Shown piece by piece: positions 63,266 to 64,000 of a DNA stretch of 64,000 bases. The translations under genes and the position numbers were made by a program. Positions within the stretch are counted from its first letter, which is position 1, and each line of letters opens with the position of its first letter. Location: the NCBI RefSeq assembly GCF_006345805.1, contig NC_043004.1:86180001-86244000 (forward strand), written 5' to 3'. The notes beneath the pieces are model-generated. The model searched no databases and was not told the origin of the DNA. It was given only the letters and a program-made list of their open reading frames with translations. The stretch is from Octopus sinensis (lineage: Eukaryota).

Positions 63266-64000
63266 CAAATACTGCAGTGTACACACAAACGTGCACAGAT
63301 ATCCTGCTGATATTGAAATTCCAATGAAGGGGCCTTAGATCGAGGTTAGAAACCGGATCTTTCTCTACTGGCAAGAAATCTTGAAATAAAACTGTATAAT
63401 GACATACATACATGCATGCATGCATACATACATACAACATTTACATACATACATACATACATACATCATACATGCATGCATACAAACATACATACAACAT
63501 ACATACATACATACATACATACATACATAATCATATATTATACATACATACATTCATAAATACATACATCCATACATACATACATACATACATACATATA
63601 CATACATACATACATACATCATACACACATACATACATACATACATTCACATATACATACATTCATATATACATACATACAATCACTTTTACAAATTTAA
63701 ATAAGAGTTTTGTCTCTAGCTTTATATAGAATCAAAAGTCCTGACTTTCACCTACGCCCAAATTTGGAAGATGCCTATTCATAAACACCAAGAGAAGCAT
63801 CTGAAACGTAGTAGCGGCAGCAGCTACTACTACTACTACTACTACTTACTACTATATGCATACTCACCCGCACACATCGTCGAGGCTGCTGGTGTGTCTT
63901 CTTTTTACCTTCGACCTACCCCGCTTCAATCTACGATATATCAACGGTTCGGCAAATGTGACCGATAAAAAGGCACCATTACACTCTTCAAAATAAATCT

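Noticed and set aside
63320-63365. atgaag-gggcct..aggtt-agaaaccggatc as a hammerhead
   Set aside because: Core and cleavage site are both non-canonical; too degenerate to support.

Overview
AT-rich, microsatellite-saturated eukaryotic DNA. The repeat landscape (tRNA-derived SINE families, RTE/CR1-type LINEs, mariner/hAT MITEs, (AT)n/(AC)n/(ATAG)n/(ATAC)n tracts) suggests an octopod cephalopod (Octopus-like); this is an inference from recalled repeat sequences, not a database result. The only securely supported host coding sequence is a 243-nt phase-1/1 exon (60324-60566, +) encoding a complete six-cysteine kringle domain resembling MuSK/Nrk/ROR-type kringles. Two small upstream candidate exons (signal-peptide exon 28970-29049; 35-nt microexon 43945-43979), both ending in GTAAGT, splice in frame to it, giving a tentative signal peptide + kringle gene with ~15-16 kb introns. 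The rest is transposon-derived: a near full-length RTE LINE broken by small frameshifts, a decayed CR1/L2-group LINE, HERO- and other RLE-type fragments, Tc1/mariner and hAT MITEs, a non-autonomous Helitron and many SINEs. The most notable signals the ORF track misses are several hammerhead ribozyme motifs of Penelope type (best: 37071-37145 +, 53540-53594 -), a near-perfect 141-nt GC-rich hairpin with an embedded G-quadruplex motif (35254-35394), a covarying RNA structure at RTE 5' ends, and many long inverted repeats. Nearly all ORF-track entries are microsatellite artefacts. Repeat boundaries were read by eye and are approximate. There is a 100-N assembly gap at 50056-50155.
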